From IMG/VR virus record IMGVR_UViG_3300020441_000019, positions 1-25,279 of that record: a stretch of 25,279 nucleotides of DNA; one strand, given 5' to 3'. The DNA is from a virus. Its lineage: Duplodnaviria; Caudoviricetes. Positions 1-9,957 of the stretch are shown piece by piece. Made by a program: the position numbers and the translations under genes. The notes under the pieces are model-generated. The model was not told where the DNA came from. It did not search any database and worked only from the letters and a program-made list of their open reading frames with translations. Every line of letters begins with the position of its first letter. Position 1 is the first letter of the stretch.

Positions 1-1577
1 GCACCGCCTCCACCACCACAACCACCCATGTAGTGGCTGCCATAGCTACCAGCACCGCCGCCACCGCCGATAGCAGTGATACGGACTTTCTCCACACCGT
101 CAGGAACGGTGAACTCTTCATAGTTATTGGTGTTGCCACGCCATACACGGCGTTGTTTTGCACCTACAGCAGTACCGTCAACTTTGACTTTGGAGCCAGG
201 GTCACGAGTATCAGCAGGCAGGATCACACCATGGTTAACATCAGAGGGGGTACCGCTTGTCTGGTCAGCAGTGTCACCGCCGTACCAGTCTTGCCAATAA
301 ACAAATTCACGAGCATCCCTAGCGCCGGGAGCAGCAGCAGCTGCATCAGCTTCACCCCAAGAGGGAACGTAGATAGCATCGTGAATGTTGATAGTCAAAC
401 GAGCGTCACTACCTGCAGCGTCAGTCAGATAGACAGTATTAGGAGTAGTTTCGTTAGGACTAAAAGTTACTTCTACATCAGAACCGGTATAAGTTGTACC
501 ACCAACAGTACCGTTACCTTGACCTTCAGTTACTTGATCAGCGGTAATAACAGTGTGAGTAGTGTCAGTTGTGAAAAGGTTGTAACCAACATCATTAGTC
601 AGACCAGTGAGAGTAATCGTGTACTCTTCGCCACGTGTGCAATCGATAGATGCGTTTTCAGAGCTTGAGCCCTGCGTGTTAGTAGGGTCATTGACAACAA
701 TCTCACCAACCATTGCAGAATGGTTTTCGCACTGGTAGAAGTAAGTGCCAGCTGCCATCCCAGTGGTATTCCAGACCACTTCATCATCACCTTCACCGGT
801 ATAAGAACCACCAGTGCCAGCAGTAATGCTGTCGCCACCATTGCTTACACGAATATGTAAGGGGTGACTAGAACCAGCAGCAGTAGTGTCGAAAGTAAGA
901 GTGTCGCCAATATTGACGTTAAGAGAATACTCTTCCTCGTTAGTGAAGTTACCGTTACGGTCGGAACCAGTAAGGATGTAACTATCAGACATACGGTTTT
1001 TAACCGTGATGCTGTAGGAAGCAGCAGGGATACTGCCAGACTTATTCGCAGTAACAGCGTTATCGTTATCTTCAGTGTAAGTGAAGGAACGGCTGGAATA
1101 GGTTTCAGTCTTATGCTTCTGAACAGTCAGACCTTTATCAACTGTTTTGGTGATGGGAATGCGGATGCTATTACCACCACGACGGGTAATCATGTCACCG
1201 TCAGTTGTCAGGACGTTACCTTCAGGAGCAGGAGTGAAGATAGAAAAGTCGTTAGTGAGAGTCGAAGGATCTTCACCAGTATCTGCAGTAACAGTGTCAG
1301 AAGTGACAATGTAGACAGCACTATTGAACTTAACTAGGTCGTTAAGGTAGTAAGCCGTGCTAGTGGCAAAGTCTGCAGATTGGAAATCAATACCAGTAGC
1401 CATTCGCGAGAAATTGCTATTAGCTTCTGGATCTGTGGTGTTAGTGGCTGCTACATCAGTAGTGCAGATCCACGTACCATTTTTATGGAGTACAACGTCA
1501 TCGACTTCATACGCTGTACTATCGGCGTAAGCTCCACGCCAATTAAATTTTAGTTTGCCTAAATCAAAAGTTGCCAT
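1..1577 (-). CDS. Second tail fibre / receptor-binding protein, partial (runs off the left edge, >=525 aa)
   Basis: Not in the ORF track. Hand-read frame open from ATG at 1577 (TAATG overlap with the upstream stop) to the window edge: MATFDLGKLKFNWRGAYADSTAYEVDDVVLHKNGTWICT... It has two aromatic N-terminal repeats, a cupredoxin-like segment, and ends in a Gly-rich domain (EEFTVPDGVEKVRITAIGGGGGAG). It lies directly after the fibre-anchor gene. Confidence 0.85.
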   Translation of the reverse strand, partial: MATFDLGKLKFNWRGAYADSTAYEVDDVVLHKNGTWICTTDVAATNTTDPEANSNFSRMATGIDFQSADFATSTAYYLNDLVKFNSAVYIVTSDTVTADTGEDPSTLTNDFSIFTPAPEGNVLTTDGDMITRRGGNSIRIPITKTVDKGLTVQKHKTETYSSRSFTYTEDNDNAVTANKSGSIPAASYSITVKNRMSDSYILTGSDRNGNFTNEEEYSLNVNIGDTLTFDTTAAGSSHPLHIRVSNGGDSITAGTGGSYTGEGDDEVVWNTTGMAAGTYFYQCENHSAMVGEIVVNDPTNTQGSSSENASIDCTRGEEYTITLTGLTNDVGYNLFTTDTTHTVITADQVTEGQGNGTVGGTTYTGSDVEVTFSPNETTPNTVYLTDAAGSDARLTINIHDAIYVPSWGEADAAAAAPGARDAREFVYWQDWYGGDTADQTSGTPSDVNHGVILPADTRDPGSKVKVDGTAVGAKQRRVWRGNTNNYEEFTVPDGVEKVRITAIGGGGGAGSYGSHYMGGCGGGGG

Positions 1578-2494
1578 TAGATATCGTAGTTAAGGTGACC
1601 ATTGCTAAATGAAAGACGAGGTTCATTTGTACCCTGGTCAATAGAACCAGCAGGCATGAACGCCCAGATCTCTACCCCCTTATGGAGATAGTCAGATGCT
1701 GTATATGTATTACTGCCATCGTCACCAGTTTCTTTGTCGATACTGTTAACAGTCGTAGCAGGGGTGTAATCAACTAAAAGGTTTCCAGCAGCAGTGCGAC
1801 GGAATCCCCAGAACACAGTGTCCCTAAGGGTACCGTTGTCATTGTCTTCAACCCAGTCACGCTGACTCTTAGCTTCTTCAGCGTAGGACTTAGCACTCTT
1901 CAGGTCACCTTCTACATTTGTAGATTTAGTAGCCCAGTCTTGTGCAAGATCAGCAGAAGCTTCAGCGTTAGTAGCCGCAGTTTCAGCGTCTGCAGCCACA
2001 CCGTCAAGCTGTGACTTGTTAACGGCATCATTGTTGTTGGTACCGTTAGCCAGGTTAATGATCTTATTGTTATCAGCATCTAGGTTCTGCTGCAGAAGCG
2101 CGTTACTAGCGTTGATATAAGTAGAGTTAATCTCTTGAGAAATATCAAAGACTAACTGGAAGTTTTCATTTAGTTGTTCTGCTGACAGAGCACTACCAGC
2201 AGTAAATGTAATAGGAAGACTTTCTAGGGCGGTTTGTCGATAGATACGAACAGTCTCATCACCAGCAGGGGTTAGAGTGCCAGTGAAAGAAACAGTTTTT
2301 GTAGAAGTATCGATTTCCCAAGGGTATTCCGCATCGCCGGTCTCCCAGCCGTCGATACGCCCAGTTGTAGGCAGTTCAGTAAATACATCGTTTACCTTTA
2401 AGTCGATCTTTACATAATCGTTAGAGATCGTGGTAAACGTATAAGTATAATTTTCTGACCCGCCATCTTTTAGTTCTTCAGCGTAAGCGGCCAT
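1577..2494 (-). CDS. Tail fibre protein with T7 gp17-like N-terminal anchor (short, 305 aa; probable adaptor)
   Basis: gp17 N-terminal-type motif VRIYRQT...FTAGSALSAEQLNENFQL, then LDADNNKIINLANGTNNNDAVNKSQLD and an Ala-rich coil; follows the gp16-like gene. Confidence 0.85.
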   Translation of the reverse strand: MAAYAEELKDGGSENYTYTFTTISNDYVKIDLKVNDVFTELPTTGRIDGWETGDAEYPWEIDTSTKTVSFTGTLTPAGDETVRIYRQTALESLPITFTAGSALSAEQLNENFQLVFDISQEINSTYINASNALLQQNLDADNNKIINLANGTNNNDAVNKSQLDGVAADAETAATNAEASADLAQDWATKSTNVEGDLKSAKSYAEEAKSQRDWVEDNDNGTLRDTVFWGFRRTAAGNLLVDYTPATTVNSIDKETGDDGSNTYTASDYLHKGVEIWAFMPAGSIDQGTNEPRLSFSNGHLNYDI

Positions 2495-2496
2495 AG

Positions 2497-5400
2497 TTAA
2501 AAGTACGTGAGGTTATTTCGTTTGGAGTCATCCTCCATACGGTTGAAGTTATCCATATTCAACCGGATCTCATCGTAGTTAGATAGACTCTCGATAGCAC
2601 GATCTTTAGCAGCTTCAAGCGCAGCCTTCAGGTGGAAGTGCAGCATTTGGAATTTCTTCTTATCTACGAACTTATTGTCAGACCTAAACAAGGAAGCTCC
2701 AGGCTCTGACGGGATGTTTTGGTTTCGGAATTTAGATAGTTGTTCAGTAAAGCCAAAATCCTTAGCATCAGCCATTGCACGTTTAACAGCAGCTTGCCAT
2801 TGTTTGTCTTCTGCAATTAGCGTGTAAAGCTCTTCCTGTTCAGAGTTGGTGAATTTGTGACCATTATCAGCCTTATTCATAATAGGCCGGTGTTCAAATT
2901 CAATATCAATAAGGAACTGTTCCCGTTCATCGAGACCATCATATTTTTTGATGGGGCTGAATGTGTTCACAATCCGAGTCCAGAAGTCCTTAGGCTCACC
3001 AACTTTCTCACCAGTAATCCAGTTCTTACGGAATGGGAGGGCTCGCTCAGGATCAATAAAGTCTAAGAAACCGTTACGGTTGCGGAGCAGTTCACCTAGC
3101 TCATCGTCTACTTCACGTAGACCAGGATACATAAGCTGGCTCAGCTCACGACGGGCTCCAGACATAGGAAGTGCACCACTAATTGCAGTAGCACCGAATC
3201 GATTTAAAGCCGCAGGGTTTTGCTGTAGTACATCCATCATCGGCTCCAGAGAAGCCATGTAGGATTTATTAGTAAGGTTGGCGCCAAGAATAAATGCCAT
3301 CTTGCCAAACAGTTGCTCACCGCGAGCAGTGTCTAGACCTGTAAACAGGTTGTCACCAATATCAGCAGTGAGAGCAAGGAAGTCGGAAATAAAGCCCATG
3401 CCGTCATAGCTGTACCAGTTACCATCCCATCCCTTGTAGGTACGGGGTTGCCAGTCAGCTTCACGTCGTGTCTTTTGAACTTCTTTTTTGTGATAACCGT
3501 TGCCACGCAGAGAATCATTCATGAACAGCGCAGTAGCGCCCATCATGGTCATCATGCCGATAGCCTTTCTTCCACGGATCTCAGCACGTAATGTTGAAAA
3601 CTTTTTAAGAATATCGCCGTCAGTGGGGATGCCACGTTTCGTCAAGTGCTCAAGTATTTCGTCCTTACCCATCTTTTCCATGGGCTTATAGGCAATATCG
3701 TTAAAGTCACGAGCAAAGACTGAAAGCGGACTTGCACTGTCGAACAATGCAATAGCGTTCATCTGAGTACGTGGGAACAAGATGAAAGGCTTAAGGATAG
3801 GAGCACGTTGAATGATCTTATTCAGGTCATCAACACCTTTGTTGTCAAGGCTAAGTGCCATCTCACGGGCGGTGTAATCAACTTGCTCGTCTACAATCAT
3901 CCCTGTTTTAGAATCAAACATTCGGGAGTATTCCCCTTCAGTCAGAGTCTTGAGGTTTTCAGGAGTGATCTCTTTACCAGCTTTCTTGAGCTTGTCAAAA
4001 GCACGAATGCGAGCTTCAGATGAAGCAACCATAGCCCTAGTAAATCCGTCAAACGCCGTCATAGCGTTTGCACCAAATCGCAGGAATGGATTGTTTGCTA
4101 CATCGTCTAGCTCATTAACAAAGTTAACAATGGCTTGTGGGCCATCATTACCCAGCTCAGCCTGTGCATCAGCATAAGCGTTAAGCAGAGTCATGTTATC
4201 TTTGTTCACTCTCACAATGTCTTCGCGCATGATGTAACCTACGCTAGATGGATCTTTAGAAGCCATCTTAAAGACAGTATTCATATGCTCAAAACCACGC
4301 CGCATGGATTCAGAGAATCCGCTGTATTGCATCCAACCACGTTGCAACGTCTCTTTATCCAAGATACCGCCAATAGCCAAAGACAAAGGCTTAGTAACCA
4401 TATTAACTAGGTTACCAAAGCCAGCTTTTGCTGGAGTACCAATACTGGTAAGAATGTTGTTGTAGTAATTAGCGTAAAGAGCGTTTATTAGCTGCGAGGG
4501 GATGTGAGGGTTTTTATCGAAGAAAGCTTTAGACAAACCACCAAGGTTGTTAGCAACAATCTCGTTTAGCTTGGCTACAGTGTCGATCTTACCGTTGCTC
4601 ATTTCATAGGCAAGCATCATCGGACCCAGCATTTCAGGGCGCTCACGGTGGATATCCCGTAGGATGTCAACAGTCCGCTGAGCATCTCCATACTTCTGCT
4701 TGATCAGCTCACCCATCTCGATTTCACCGTTCTGTACACCAGCCAAGACTTGCTCAGAGGTTTTCAGACGTTTCCACCGTTTCTTCATGTTCAGGCTTCT
4801 ACCGGCGATATAGGAGGCAACCCCCTTCTCAGCCATAAGAATCTGAATGCGGTCAAAGATTTCACTTTGGACCCTACGAACAGCAGCAGTACCTTCAGTA
4901 AGTCGAGCAGCTTCTGCCAAGTCAGAGACTTGACCAGCCATCGATGTGTTGATGTAGGCAGCAGCTTTTAGCTCATCCATATCAAGGTACTCATCGAAGT
5001 AGCCTCGCAGTGCTTTCAAAGCAGCGTCATAACCACCATCGCTTAGATACTTAACACCGTCATAAAGGTTAGTCTTATAATCATCAAGCGCTGTCCGTAG
5101 ATCTTTAGCACTCATATTGGGGTCAAGCCACTTAGCAGCGAGCTCATCACCTTGTGCACTAATTTCTTTGGAAGTATAAAGATGGTCACCAGCCTTATAA
5201 GCAACATCTCTTGCTGCTTTAAGCGTTTCCTTAGCTTTTTTAAATAGACTCCTAGAAGCAGGGTTGTCTACCATTAAGGAGAACTTAAGCGCAGCACTGG
5301 AGTACACACTACCAAGCCTACCAACACCTTCACGCATAACTTGAGCTTGATCCTTTGCAGCACCAACAACGCCCATATTGTCAGCAGTTCTAGAACCTAA

Positions 5401-6723
5401 CTCACGGTGCTCGAACATGTCGTGAACACCTTCAATAGGATCATCAGAATCAGGGTTAGCACGTTGCTTAATAATGCCTTCTTCTTCTAGATCAACTTTA
5501 CCTTTAACTTCTTGTCTAACGATATAATCTTGAGCAAACTCAATTGGATCATCGCTGACGTTAGCAATAGCACCATTATCTTCCAGCAGTTTGACCCATT
5601 TATCTTGCTCTTCAGTAGAAAGATCATCAAAAGTCCTAGCTTGATCAGGATTGATATCCTTAGCTAGCATCTTTTGTTGTTGATTCTGATTGTACCAAGT
5701 AGCAGCTTGCTCTTGCAAAGTAGGAGCTGGAGCGTCAATTACATTTTCAGCTCCATTTTTAGCTTGCTCTTTAAGCCATGAATCAGAACGTTCTGTTTCT
5801 GAAATCCAGCCAGTAGCCTGCTTAAGTCCCTTACGCTTTGCAGCGTATTTGATAAAACCTTCAAAGACACTTAGACTAGCTCCAAGGAAAGCACCTTGAT
5901 CCCTATTACGGATCTGCTTACATCTAGGGCTATCACAATCTAATGAAGTCCAATCACGTGGGATAAAACCCCAGGTCTTAGGCCAAGTTTTAACCAGCAT
6001 CGTCAGAGGATCATCGTCTGTCTCGTTGATCGATGCAATATCGTCAACAGCCAAACCAGATCCAATGCCAGTACCAGCGTTAGCAAACCATTTAAATAGT
6101 GGGTTGTTACCTAGACCCCAACCAAGTCGAGCATGAAGTGCTGTACCGCCAGCAGTAGTCACACCACCAAGCATCATTGTAGGGAGAACAACAGAGCTAA
6201 GCTCCCTCACCCCTTGCAGCACATCATTTTCAAGAGGTGAAATTTTAGGGATGTTGGTACCAGTTACTCTATTAACAAGGTCAACACCAAAGTCCATAAC
6301 GCCTAGACCAGGCGCACCCATTGTTTCGGGAAGACTGTGGGAGTACAGACCCATCTGTCCGCTAGGGTGATTGTTACCACCGCTAGTGAACAGAGGGGTG
6401 CCAAAGTAAGATAACTCTTGACCACCAAAGCCAGTAATGTTACCAGTCTCAGATACACCAACACCACCTAAAAACCCCTTATCCTTGTTTGAATCACGAG
6501 GATCTGGAGCTGATGAGGTGGTTTCTGTAGGTGTAGGTGTAGGTGTTTCAGTTTTAGTTTCTGTGGGTTGCTCCGGCGCCTTAGCTTCCGTAGGTTTATC
6601 CACAGGTTCTTCTATCTCTGCTGCCTTAGCAGCGTCTTCTGCCACCTTCTCGTTATCTAACTCTTCCCTAGATTCATTAAGGAGTCGTTGATACTCTTCC
6701 GGTGACATATCTTCTTGTGTCAT
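2497..6723 (-). CDS. Internal virion (ejection) protein, T7 gp16 position, 1408 aa
   Basis: Large, helix-like ORF and last of the core-protein genes before the tail fibre. Assigned mainly by T7-type synteny and size. Confidence 0.75.
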   Translation of the reverse strand: MTQEDMSPEEYQRLLNESREELDNEKVAEDAAKAAEIEEPVDKPTEAKAPEQPTETKTETPTPTPTETTSSAPDPRDSNKDKGFLGGVGVSETGNITGFGGQELSYFGTPLFTSGGNNHPSGQMGLYSHSLPETMGAPGLGVMDFGVDLVNRVTGTNIPKISPLENDVLQGVRELSSVVLPTMMLGGVTTAGGTALHARLGWGLGNNPLFKWFANAGTGIGSGLAVDDIASINETDDDPLTMLVKTWPKTWGFIPRDWTSLDCDSPRCKQIRNRDQGAFLGASLSVFEGFIKYAAKRKGLKQATGWISETERSDSWLKEQAKNGAENVIDAPAPTLQEQAATWYNQNQQQKMLAKDINPDQARTFDDLSTEEQDKWVKLLEDNGAIANVSDDPIEFAQDYIVRQEVKGKVDLEEEGIIKQRANPDSDDPIEGVHDMFEHRELGSRTADNMGVVGAAKDQAQVMREGVGRLGSVYSSAALKFSLMVDNPASRSLFKKAKETLKAARDVAYKAGDHLYTSKEISAQGDELAAKWLDPNMSAKDLRTALDDYKTNLYDGVKYLSDGGYDAALKALRGYFDEYLDMDELKAAAYINTSMAGQVSDLAEAARLTEGTAAVRRVQSEIFDRIQILMAEKGVASYIAGRSLNMKKRWKRLKTSEQVLAGVQNGEIEMGELIKQKYGDAQRTVDILRDIHRERPEMLGPMMLAYEMSNGKIDTVAKLNEIVANNLGGLSKAFFDKNPHIPSQLINALYANYYNNILTSIGTPAKAGFGNLVNMVTKPLSLAIGGILDKETLQRGWMQYSGFSESMRRGFEHMNTVFKMASKDPSSVGYIMREDIVRVNKDNMTLLNAYADAQAELGNDGPQAIVNFVNELDDVANNPFLRFGANAMTAFDGFTRAMVASSEARIRAFDKLKKAGKEITPENLKTLTEGEYSRMFDSKTGMIVDEQVDYTAREMALSLDNKGVDDLNKIIQRAPILKPFILFPRTQMNAIALFDSASPLSVFARDFNDIAYKPMEKMGKDEILEHLTKRGIPTDGDILKKFSTLRAEIRGRKAIGMMTMMGATALFMNDSLRGNGYHKKEVQKTRREADWQPRTYKGWDGNWYSYDGMGFISDFLALTADIGDNLFTGLDTARGEQLFGKMAFILGANLTNKSYMASLEPMMDVLQQNPAALNRFGATAISGALPMSGARRELSQLMYPGLREVDDELGELLRNRNGFLDFIDPERALPFRKNWITGEKVGEPKDFWTRIVNTFSPIKKYDGLDEREQFLIDIEFEHRPIMNKADNGHKFTNSEQEELYTLIAEDKQWQAAVKRAMADAKDFGFTEQLSKFRNQNIPSEPGASLFRSDNKFVDKKKFQMLHFHLKAALEAAKDRAIESLSNYDEIRLNMDNFNRMEDDSKRNNLTYF

Positions 6724-6732
6724 AAGTCACGT

Positions 6733-9700
6733 TTACTCATAAATACCACGTTTAGTAACACCAACCCAAGGGCTCATTTTACGTTCGTCGTAAAGTTGCA
6801 GTGCCATAGCATCTTGTAAGCGATGGTCAAATTTTGCGTCAGGGGGAATACCCATACGTTTCACTAGATCAGCAAATGTGTCACGAGTGAATTGGTAGCG
6901 GCCGATAGCATGTAGCCTGCCTTGCTTAATCCACTCAGCGTTACTCATTCCCGGTCGCCTAGCTTGTAGTTCCATAAGTTCCCTTACAGTCATTTCTGTA
7001 AGAAACTTACCTTTATACTGGGCCATTTTACCAAATGGACCTGAGTACCCTTCCACATCATGACCACCTTTAGTGCCTACCTGATTGACAGCATTATAAC
7101 CGCCAACACTATCTGATTCGTATTTGCCAATAGTATTAAGCTTTTGAATCTGTTTGGCGGTCACCGGCTTTGGGTAGTAAGCAAGTTGATCTCCTGCCTT
7201 AGCGCCTAAAGATTGTGAAACCTGGGTATCAGAAACAGTTGGCCCAAGATTGCGCCGTTGTTCAAATTTAGTTAGATTAAGGAATCGCTTATCACCAGTT
7301 GCTCTATAAGAGAAACGACCATAAGTGGATAAGTTTTCTGATAATTTATCAGCAATATCGCCTATGTTACCTGGGTTAGTACCAGACATAAGCATTACTG
7401 CTGCAAACAAACTTGCTGGGTCCATGTCTCCATAACTTTCTAATTTATTTTTCAGTTCTGGATGTTGCTTTATTAGCTCAGGATAACCTTCTCTGAGCTC
7501 GTTGCGTACATCTAACATCTGATTAACAGTTCGGCTACCAGTATGTAGCTGACCGTTTGTTTGAGCAGAGAACTGCATTGCACTAACTAAGCCACCAACG
7601 TAAGGCTGATCTGCTTCATCAGGTACTTTAGATTGGATAGCTTCTGCATGTTGACCCTGCTTCCACAATGCTTGACCTGTTGCATTACATGCCTTACCGA
7701 TAAGCCTAGCACTAGTCTCAGTAGCGCAGTTGTACTTATTGTCAATACGGTCAATCTGTGATTGCGGAACAGCAGTCCAGAGTGCATTATCTTTTAAAGG
7801 ATCCGGCACACCAGGGTGTCCAACGAGAGGTGCTAACTCATTAAGAAGTTCAGGGAATCTCTTATTGTTTAAAACACCTAGTCTTTGAAAGAAGAATGTA
7901 GGTTGGTAAGAGCTAGGAGCTTTACTGTAATCATTAAGCATCTTGGTAATAAATGCCTTACCTTCTGTTGTTGTCGATCCGTAGAAGTTTGCAGACTTCC
8001 AAGAATTAACATTTCCACCTTTGTTAGGATCTAACTTATCTAGTCGGCGTTGATCTCTGTTACGAGCTTGCTCACCAGTTGTATAGCCACCGAAGTATTT
8101 GTGGATATTGGGAGCACCGCCTTCAGAGCTATAGAAGAAAGGTGACTCTGCATCACGTGTTTCTTCATTACCACCGTTGACGCCTTTAATCATCTCCATT
8201 ACTTGATCAGCTGCTTGCCGATAGCGTTCCTCAGCAGGGATACTCTTACTTAAGCTGCCAGCAACTCGATGGATTTCAAGATCAATAGCACGTTGCAACA
8301 TCCTGGCTCGGTGATCAAAATCAGCAGCCTGCTTTTCATCAGCATACTTAAATGCTTTTCTAGTTCCGTTGATACTTGTTTGCTGCGCTCCACTAGAAAT
8401 GAAAGGATCTAGTTTGTCCTTTTGATAATTAGTCCAAAGACCGCTTTGTTCAATCTTAAGTTGCACACGAGGCGGTAACCGATCTAAATCACTCTTAGTG
8501 AACGAGCCATTAGCCATGGACTGCTCAGCATTTTCAAATAGTCGATCAATAGCCTCTTGCTGTAAGGAGTCAGCTTGAAGTGTCCTGTCTAGTTCTACAC
8601 GGATTTCAGGATATTCAAGAACCAGTTCACGGTAGGTTTTAGATTTTTTAGCAGTTCGGAGATCAACATAACCATTCTCATCCCTAACGGAAGTGAGGAA
8701 AGCTTGCTTTTTCTTTTCCATCTCCGCTTCACGTTCTGCTTGTGTTTTAGCTCTGTTACGGCTATCAATAGTATCTAATTCTTGAGCCAAAAGAGCGACT
8801 TGATTTTCATTGTAATCAAGGAAGGAAGAACCTTTATTAGAAAGGAAGTAACCTTTAGCACCGTAAGCAGCCATAATTTGATGACGCTTAACTTTGTCTA
8901 GAGCATAAAGTGCTGCAATAGATTCCCGTCTGAATTCTTGAATTTCTTTACCACTCATTCCAAGCCCAGTTCGGCCTTGCTCTTTACTTGCTAGACCAGC
9001 GGCTTGTTGATCAAAACGGTTGAGAGCTGTCATATCTCCACCGAGAAGCGCAGCTTCCAACTCATCAACCATCTGGACTTTCTTAGCTTCAGAGCGTTGC
9101 TCGTAAGCATCTTGAGATTTAGATTTAAGTAAAGCAGCGTTATTCTTAGCTGTGGCGTCAAACCAGCCAGCTAGTTCTAACTGAGCAACAGTATGACCAC
9201 CACCACTTACACCAAGCATTGAAGTTGCGTTGCGGTGAGCAACACTTAAGGCATACCGGGCGGCTGCCATGTTGTCTCCTAGCCACGCTTCAGCAAACGT
9301 AGTTTCAATTTTTGAACCCGTTTTAGGGTCAACAATAACTAGCTTTTCGTTGCTGCGCAAAATCTCTTGCACAGCTTGGGGGTGCATAGAAGCAGCTTCT
9401 CTAAGGAAGTTCTGCCTACCCATTTCAAGGCTACGGTGAGAGACATAACTAATGAGTTTACCTGCTGCCGCTGTATGGCCTTTCTCCGCCTCTTCACGGG
9501 CCGCGGCTCCAACAGCAGCATCAGTACCATCTTCGCTGTCCATTGCGGTTTGTAGCTGCTTAGCTTCATCACTCAGACCACCCCTACGGAAGTAGTCAGT
9601 AGCAGCTTGCATTTCATCAAAGCTACCTGACTCTGCCTCAACCTTTTTAGCTTGAGCTGCAGCAAGTTTCCCAAGAGTTGGAGAGAATTGAGCTAGGTGA

Positions 9701-9957
9701 TCCCACATGCCACCGGCATCGTCGATAACCGATTCATGCCATTGCTCTAGGTCTTTCTGGCGTTGAGCAAGATCCAATTGCATACGCTTAGAATCTTCTG
9801 CCAGATATTTATTATTCTGTTGTAAGGCATTTAACTGCCTTTGTTCATCAGCTCTTTGGTAGTTATCCTCCGCACGCATAGATGCCGTAACATCAGCAGC
9901 TACAAGAGGTGACCCACCAGTATTAATAGTAGAGCTCTTAAATTGTCTCTTTGCCAT
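6733..9957 (-). CDS. Internal virion protein, T7 gp15 position, with C-terminal lysozyme-like domain
   Basis: Synteny; C-terminus LNTIGKYES..GGYNAVN...MTVRELMELQ...AIGRYQFTRDTF...FDHRLQDAMA resembles lambda-type lysozyme/transglycosylase motifs. Confidence 0.8.
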   Translation of the reverse strand: MAKRQFKSSTINTGGSPLVAADVTASMRAEDNYQRADEQRQLNALQQNNKYLAEDSKRMQLDLAQRQKDLEQWHESVIDDAGGMWDHLAQFSPTLGKLAAAQAKKVEAESGSFDEMQAATDYFRRGGLSDEAKQLQTAMDSEDGTDAAVGAAAREEAEKGHTAAAGKLISYVSHRSLEMGRQNFLREAASMHPQAVQEILRSNEKLVIVDPKTGSKIETTFAEAWLGDNMAAARYALSVAHRNATSMLGVSGGGHTVAQLELAGWFDATAKNNAALLKSKSQDAYEQRSEAKKVQMVDELEAALLGGDMTALNRFDQQAAGLASKEQGRTGLGMSGKEIQEFRRESIAALYALDKVKRHQIMAAYGAKGYFLSNKGSSFLDYNENQVALLAQELDTIDSRNRAKTQAEREAEMEKKKQAFLTSVRDENGYVDLRTAKKSKTYRELVLEYPEIRVELDRTLQADSLQQEAIDRLFENAEQSMANGSFTKSDLDRLPPRVQLKIEQSGLWTNYQKDKLDPFISSGAQQTSINGTRKAFKYADEKQAADFDHRARMLQRAIDLEIHRVAGSLSKSIPAEERYRQAADQVMEMIKGVNGGNEETRDAESPFFYSSEGGAPNIHKYFGGYTTGEQARNRDQRRLDKLDPNKGGNVNSWKSANFYGSTTTEGKAFITKMLNDYSKAPSSYQPTFFFQRLGVLNNKRFPELLNELAPLVGHPGVPDPLKDNALWTAVPQSQIDRIDNKYNCATETSARLIGKACNATGQALWKQGQHAEAIQSKVPDEADQPYVGGLVSAMQFSAQTNGQLHTGSRTVNQMLDVRNELREGYPELIKQHPELKNKLESYGDMDPASLFAAVMLMSGTNPGNIGDIADKLSENLSTYGRFSYRATGDKRFLNLTKFEQRRNLGPTVSDTQVSQSLGAKAGDQLAYYPKPVTAKQIQKLNTIGKYESDSVGGYNAVNQVGTKGGHDVEGYSGPFGKMAQYKGKFLTEMTVRELMELQARRPGMSNAEWIKQGRLHAIGRYQFTRDTFADLVKRMGIPPDAKFDHRLQDAMALQLYDERKMSPWVGVTKRGIYE

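Noticed and set aside
33-1337. Plus-strand ORFs 33-668 and 864-1337, and minus-strand ORF 599-841
   Set aside because: They are shadows of the real minus-strand fibre gene starting at 1577; the Ser/Val/Thr-rich translations are what antisense reading of that gene gives.
6520-6560. Short GTAGGT-type tandem repeat
   Set aside because: It encodes a Pro/Thr linker in the gp16-like protein; not a CRISPR array or regulatory repeat.
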